Shown here one piece after another: positions 25,896 to 28,596 of a DNA stretch of 28,596 bases. Location: assembly GCA_964586355.1 (NCBI GenBank), contig CAZPGO010000004.1:1-28596 (forward strand). The letters are read 5' to 3'. Made by a program: the position numbers and the translations under genes. Under the pieces are notes generated by a model. It did no database searches, was not told the origin of the DNA, and was given only the letters and a program-made list of their open reading frames with translations. Each line of letters starts with the position of its first letter. The stretch's first letter is position 1. Origin of the DNA: an uncultured archaeon (GTDB lineage: Archaea > Iainarchaeota > Iainarchaeia > Iainarchaeales > CSSED10-239).

Positions 25896-25968
25896 AGTTT
25901 TCTAGAATTTGGTTGTTGGTAAAACACAGATTGGGAGTGAGTTTCCAAAATACAGAAACGAGCTGAAA

Positions 25969-26051
25969 CGCAGAGGATGGGATTCGAACCCATGTAGTCG
26001 TAAGACTCTAGCTTAGCAGGCTAGCGCGTTTGACCACTCCGCCACCTCTGC
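25969..26051 (-). tRNA. tRNA-Ser (anticodon GCU), class II, no encoded CCA
   Basis: The fold is GCAGAGG-UG-GCG-GAGUGGUCAAA-CGC-G-CUAGC-CUGCUAA-GCUAG-variable arm AGUCUUACGACUAC-AUGGG-UUCGAAU-CCCAU-CCUCUGC-G. All stems are Watson-Crick, with the 3-bp D stem typical of tRNA-Ser. Confidence 0.9.
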
Positions 26052-26113
26052 ACTTTCTTTAAAAAAGATCTAAATTATAATATATCTAGGAGAATAAATC
26101 TATATAAATATAT

Positions 26114-26959
26114 TTAATTTTTCTTAAAAACCTCTCCTAAAAACACCTTATTACTAACCCCATATTTTTTTATCTCTAAATACCCTTTATCCACAAGTTT
26201 TGTAATATTTCTTGAAACTGTACCTTTTGGTAAAAATAGCTTTAAGGAGATCTGTTTTTGGGTTAGACCATCTTTTTGATCTAATAATAACTTAACTATT
26301 TTTTGCTCATTTTCGTTTAGCCCAAGTAATAATGAATCTTCTTTTTTGTATAATTTTTTTGGTTTTTTCTTTTTTTTTAATAATAAATAGATTGGAATTA
26401 TTAAAAGTAGTAATAACAAATAATAATAATTGTTTTTCTTAAAAGAGATTAAACTATAACTAATAAAAACATTTGAAATATCTGACAAAGTAACAACCAT
26501 TTGACCATTAACAACTCTAGCAGAAGATATATTTGTCAGATCTTTTATTTGTGCGTCTTTTGGAAGTGTTAAAGTTATTTTATTTATTTTTTCTAAATAT
26601 CTTGAATTATAATTAATATTCCAAAGACCATTTGTTTTACTAGTATAATAATCAGTTAGATATATAATTTCTAAATTTATCTTTGATATGTTTGGCTCTA
26701 AGTTTATTGTTAATAGATTAGTAGTATAAGAAATATTAGAATATTTTTGATTGTTTATTTTTATAATTAGATCATAACTTGCAACCATTGGTAGCTCTAA
26801 TTTTGTTGTGTTTATGTCTGTTATAACCAGTTGATCACTGATCCTATAAATATCACGTCGATCATGTGTTATTTCTGTATTTTGGGACACAATATTATAT
26901 GCACAAACATAATTAATAAAAAATAGAAATGATAATATTATTAGTATCTTTTTTTGCAT
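26114..26959 (-). CDS. membrane-tethered winged-HTH regulator (signal peptide - extracytoplasmic domain - TM - cytoplasmic wHTH)
   Basis: Signal peptide MQKKILIILSFLFFINYVCA, about 150 aa outside, TM YYYLLLLLLIIPIYLLL followed by KKKKKPKK. The C-terminal LNENEQKIVKLLLDQKDGLTQKQISLKLFLPKGTVSRNITKLVDKGYLEIKK is a MarR/TrmB-like wHTH. Confidence 0.65.
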   Translation of the reverse strand: MQKKILIILSFLFFINYVCAYNIVSQNTEITHDRRDIYRISDQLVITDINTTKLELPMVASYDLIIKINNQKYSNISYTTNLLTINLEPNISKINLEIIYLTDYYTSKTNGLWNINYNSRYLEKINKITLTLPKDAQIKDLTNISSARVVNGQMVVTLSDISNVFISYSLISFKKNNYYYLLLLLLIIPIYLLLKKKKKPKKLYKKEDSLLLGLNENEQKIVKLLLDQKDGLTQKQISLKLFLPKGTVSRNITKLVDKGYLEIKKYGVSNKVFLGEVFKKN

Positions 26960-27030
26960 ATTTGTTCAATAATATATATTATAAGTATATATTTAAAGTT
27001 AATTATTAAAAAAAAATAAAGAAAAAAAAA

Positions 27031-28596
27031 CTATTCATTAATTTCTAAAGTAGCAGAAATTCTTTTTTGAACAATTTTTTCTTTAGCAAAAGGGTTTGGA
27101 ATAAATCCGAATATTTTTTTTCTTTCTTTAACTTCAAACACATATTCTGGATTACTAGAATTGGCATCCAAAACTATTTCTCCAACAATTTTTTTGGAAT
27201 TTATCTTCTTTTCTTGAAGTATTTTTTCAATAGGCATTATTTTCTTTTCTGAATTTCCAACATTTAAGACCATTTCTGAGTTATTTTCTTTTCTTATTTG
27301 TGCTGTTTTTGTTACTAATTGTGATTCTGGTTTATTTTGACTAATTGCTTGTATAGTCATTGGTTCTTCTAAATCAGATACTGGTTTTTGATTACTTGTT
27401 AATTCTCTTTTTTGCTCTAGATCTTTATTTTGTTCTTTATTTCTGTTTGCTTGTGCGATTTGATTTGAATTATCTGAGTCTATTATTATTTGTTTTATTA
27501 GACCTGTATTTTGAGCAATTAATCTTTCTCCATTATCTAGATTAATTATTACTTTAAAATATATTGGGGTATTAATACCACAAGAAGCAACAAAACCATC
27601 CATATTTTCTTGTGCAAATTCTCTTGATTCGTTTGGTTGTACATAAGTTATTTTTGAAACATATTTATTTTGTTCATTATAAACAGAGTCCATTTTTCTA
27701 GAAAAACAAGCAACTTCATCATTATTTTTATAGAACTCTAAATCAACTGATTCTATTTGAGACAGATCTATTTCTTTTTGAATGGTGTCGTTTGTTATTT
27801 CTAAATTTAGATAATATCCTTCATTTCTTTTAAAATGATAAACACCTGTTAATTCATCAAAGAAAGCATTAGAATTACATCTTGCTTTATATTGTCCATC
27901 AAAGTTTGGATCTGTTGGATTTGGAATAATTATTTGTGTTCTATCTATTGCACAGGGAATATCTAGTTTATATGTTATTTTATTTTTTAATGCTTCTACA
28001 TCTGATGTATCTAACGAAGAAGTATCTTCAAAAGCCCAACTAAATTCTTTTGCAACGGAAAAAACTGTTTGATTATTGTTTGTGGTTTCAATTCTTACAA
28101 AATAGGAGTCTCCACAATTATTAGAAGAGCCTAAATTTATATTTAAATTTACTGATAATTCGTTAGGTTCAAGAGTATAACCTTCTGATAAACCATTTAT
28201 TTCTAAATTGTTATTCTCATTATCATAAACAAATAGTTTATGAGAACCTTCTTGACCTAATGGTCTCCAATGAACAGTAATAGCACCAGCATCACCAACA
28301 CAATCTGCAGAGTCTGCAATTACTGATAGTATTTGTGCAGGATGTGGTACATTTGTTTCTTGTGCTTCAAAAGCCCAACTAAATTCTTTTGCAACGGAAA
28401 AAACTGTTTGATTATTGTTTGTGGTTTCAATTCTTGCAAAATAGGAGTCTTCACAATTATTAGAAGATCCTAAATTTATATTTAAATTTACTGATAACTC
28501 GTTAGGTTCAAGAGTATAACCTTCTGATAAACCATTTATTTCTAAATTGTTATTCTCATTATCATAAACAAATAGTTTATGAGAACCTTCTTGACC
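27031..28596 (-). CDS. large surface/adhesin-like protein, 5'-truncated by the window edge, with 113-aa tandem domains
   Basis: I checked codon by codon that the frame of track ORF 27031..27693 has no stop up to 28596, so the track's ATG at 27693 is internal. The upstream part encodes repeated ...GQEGSHKLFVYDNENNNLEINGLSEGYTLEPNELSVNLNINLGSSNNC.DSYF.RIETTNNNQTVFSVAKEFSWAFE... units. Confidence 0.7.
   Translation of the reverse strand, partial: GQEGSHKLFVYDNENNNLEINGLSEGYTLEPNELSVNLNINLGSSNNCEDSYFARIETTNNNQTVFSVAKEFSWAFEAQETNVPHPAQILSVIADSADCVGDAGAITVHWRPLGQEGSHKLFVYDNENNNLEINGLSEGYTLEPNELSVNLNINLGSSNNCGDSYFVRIETTNNNQTVFSVAKEFSWAFEDTSSLDTSDVEALKNKITYKLDIPCAIDRTQIIIPNPTDPNFDGQYKARCNSNAFFDELTGVYHFKRNEGYYLNLEITNDTIQKEIDLSQIESVDLEFYKNNDEVACFSRKMDSVYNEQNKYVSKITYVQPNESREFAQENMDGFVASCGINTPIYFKVIINLDNGERLIAQNTGLIKQIIIDSDNSNQIAQANRNKEQNKDLEQKRELTSNQKPVSDLEEPMTIQAISQNKPESQLVTKTAQIRKENNSEMVLNVGNSEKKIMPIEKILQEKKINSKKIVGEIVLDANSSNPEYVFEVKERKKIFGFIPNPFAKEKIVQKRISATLEINE
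28027..28596. repeat. tandem 339-bp (113-codon) repeat inside the surface-protein gene
   Basis: 28027-28257 and 28366-28596 differ at only 4 of 231 positions (two non-synonymous, two synonymous). The period is exactly 339 nt, and the array may continue beyond the window. Confidence 0.9.

Noticed and set aside
28027-28596. Near-identical repeats as a diversity-generating retroelement TR/VR pair
   Set aside because: The four mismatches are not adenine-specific, both copies are in-frame parts of the same coding sequence with a 339-nt period, and no reverse transcriptase is present in the window.

Overview
This is an AT-rich segment (about 28% GC, estimated by eye) that looks archaeal and best fits a small-genome DPANN-type archaeon. 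No homology search was possible, so all product calls rest on motifs read from the supplied translations. Housekeeping content: deoxyhypusine synthase, FtsZ, a 274-nt SRP (7S) RNA with the GUCAGAUCCGGAAGGAAGCAGC helix-8 motif, tRNA-Leu(CAA), tRNA-Ser(GCU), a complete bacterial-type ThrRS and a cation/proton antiporter. The rest is accessory-looking: a second, editing-domain-less ThrRS paralogue; a membrane-anchored protein ending in a Hint (intein/hedgehog-type) autoprocessing domain; a MazG plus HExxH-Nudix pair; a wHTH gene tightly coupled to a decayed nucleotidyltransferase gene next to tRNA-Leu; two APH/choline-kinase-like paralogues bracketing four orphan genes; a PLP racemase-like gene; a membrane-tethered wHTH regulator; and a large surface protein with near-identical 339-bp tandem repeats that runs off the right edge. 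I saw no CRISPR array, transposase, integrase, reverse transcriptase or recognisable known defence system. The best candidates for something undescribed are: (1) the dual-ThrRS locus, where a Thr/Ile-rich upstream micro-ORF has Thr codons complementary to the Shine-Dalgarno of the second ThrRS; (2) the Hint-domain surface protein; (3) a roughly 7-fold excess of the palindrome AGATCT across genes, RNAs and spacers; (4) an 80-bp tandem repeat with a covarying hairpin abutting the tRNA-Leu 3' end. All functional interpretations are hypotheses.
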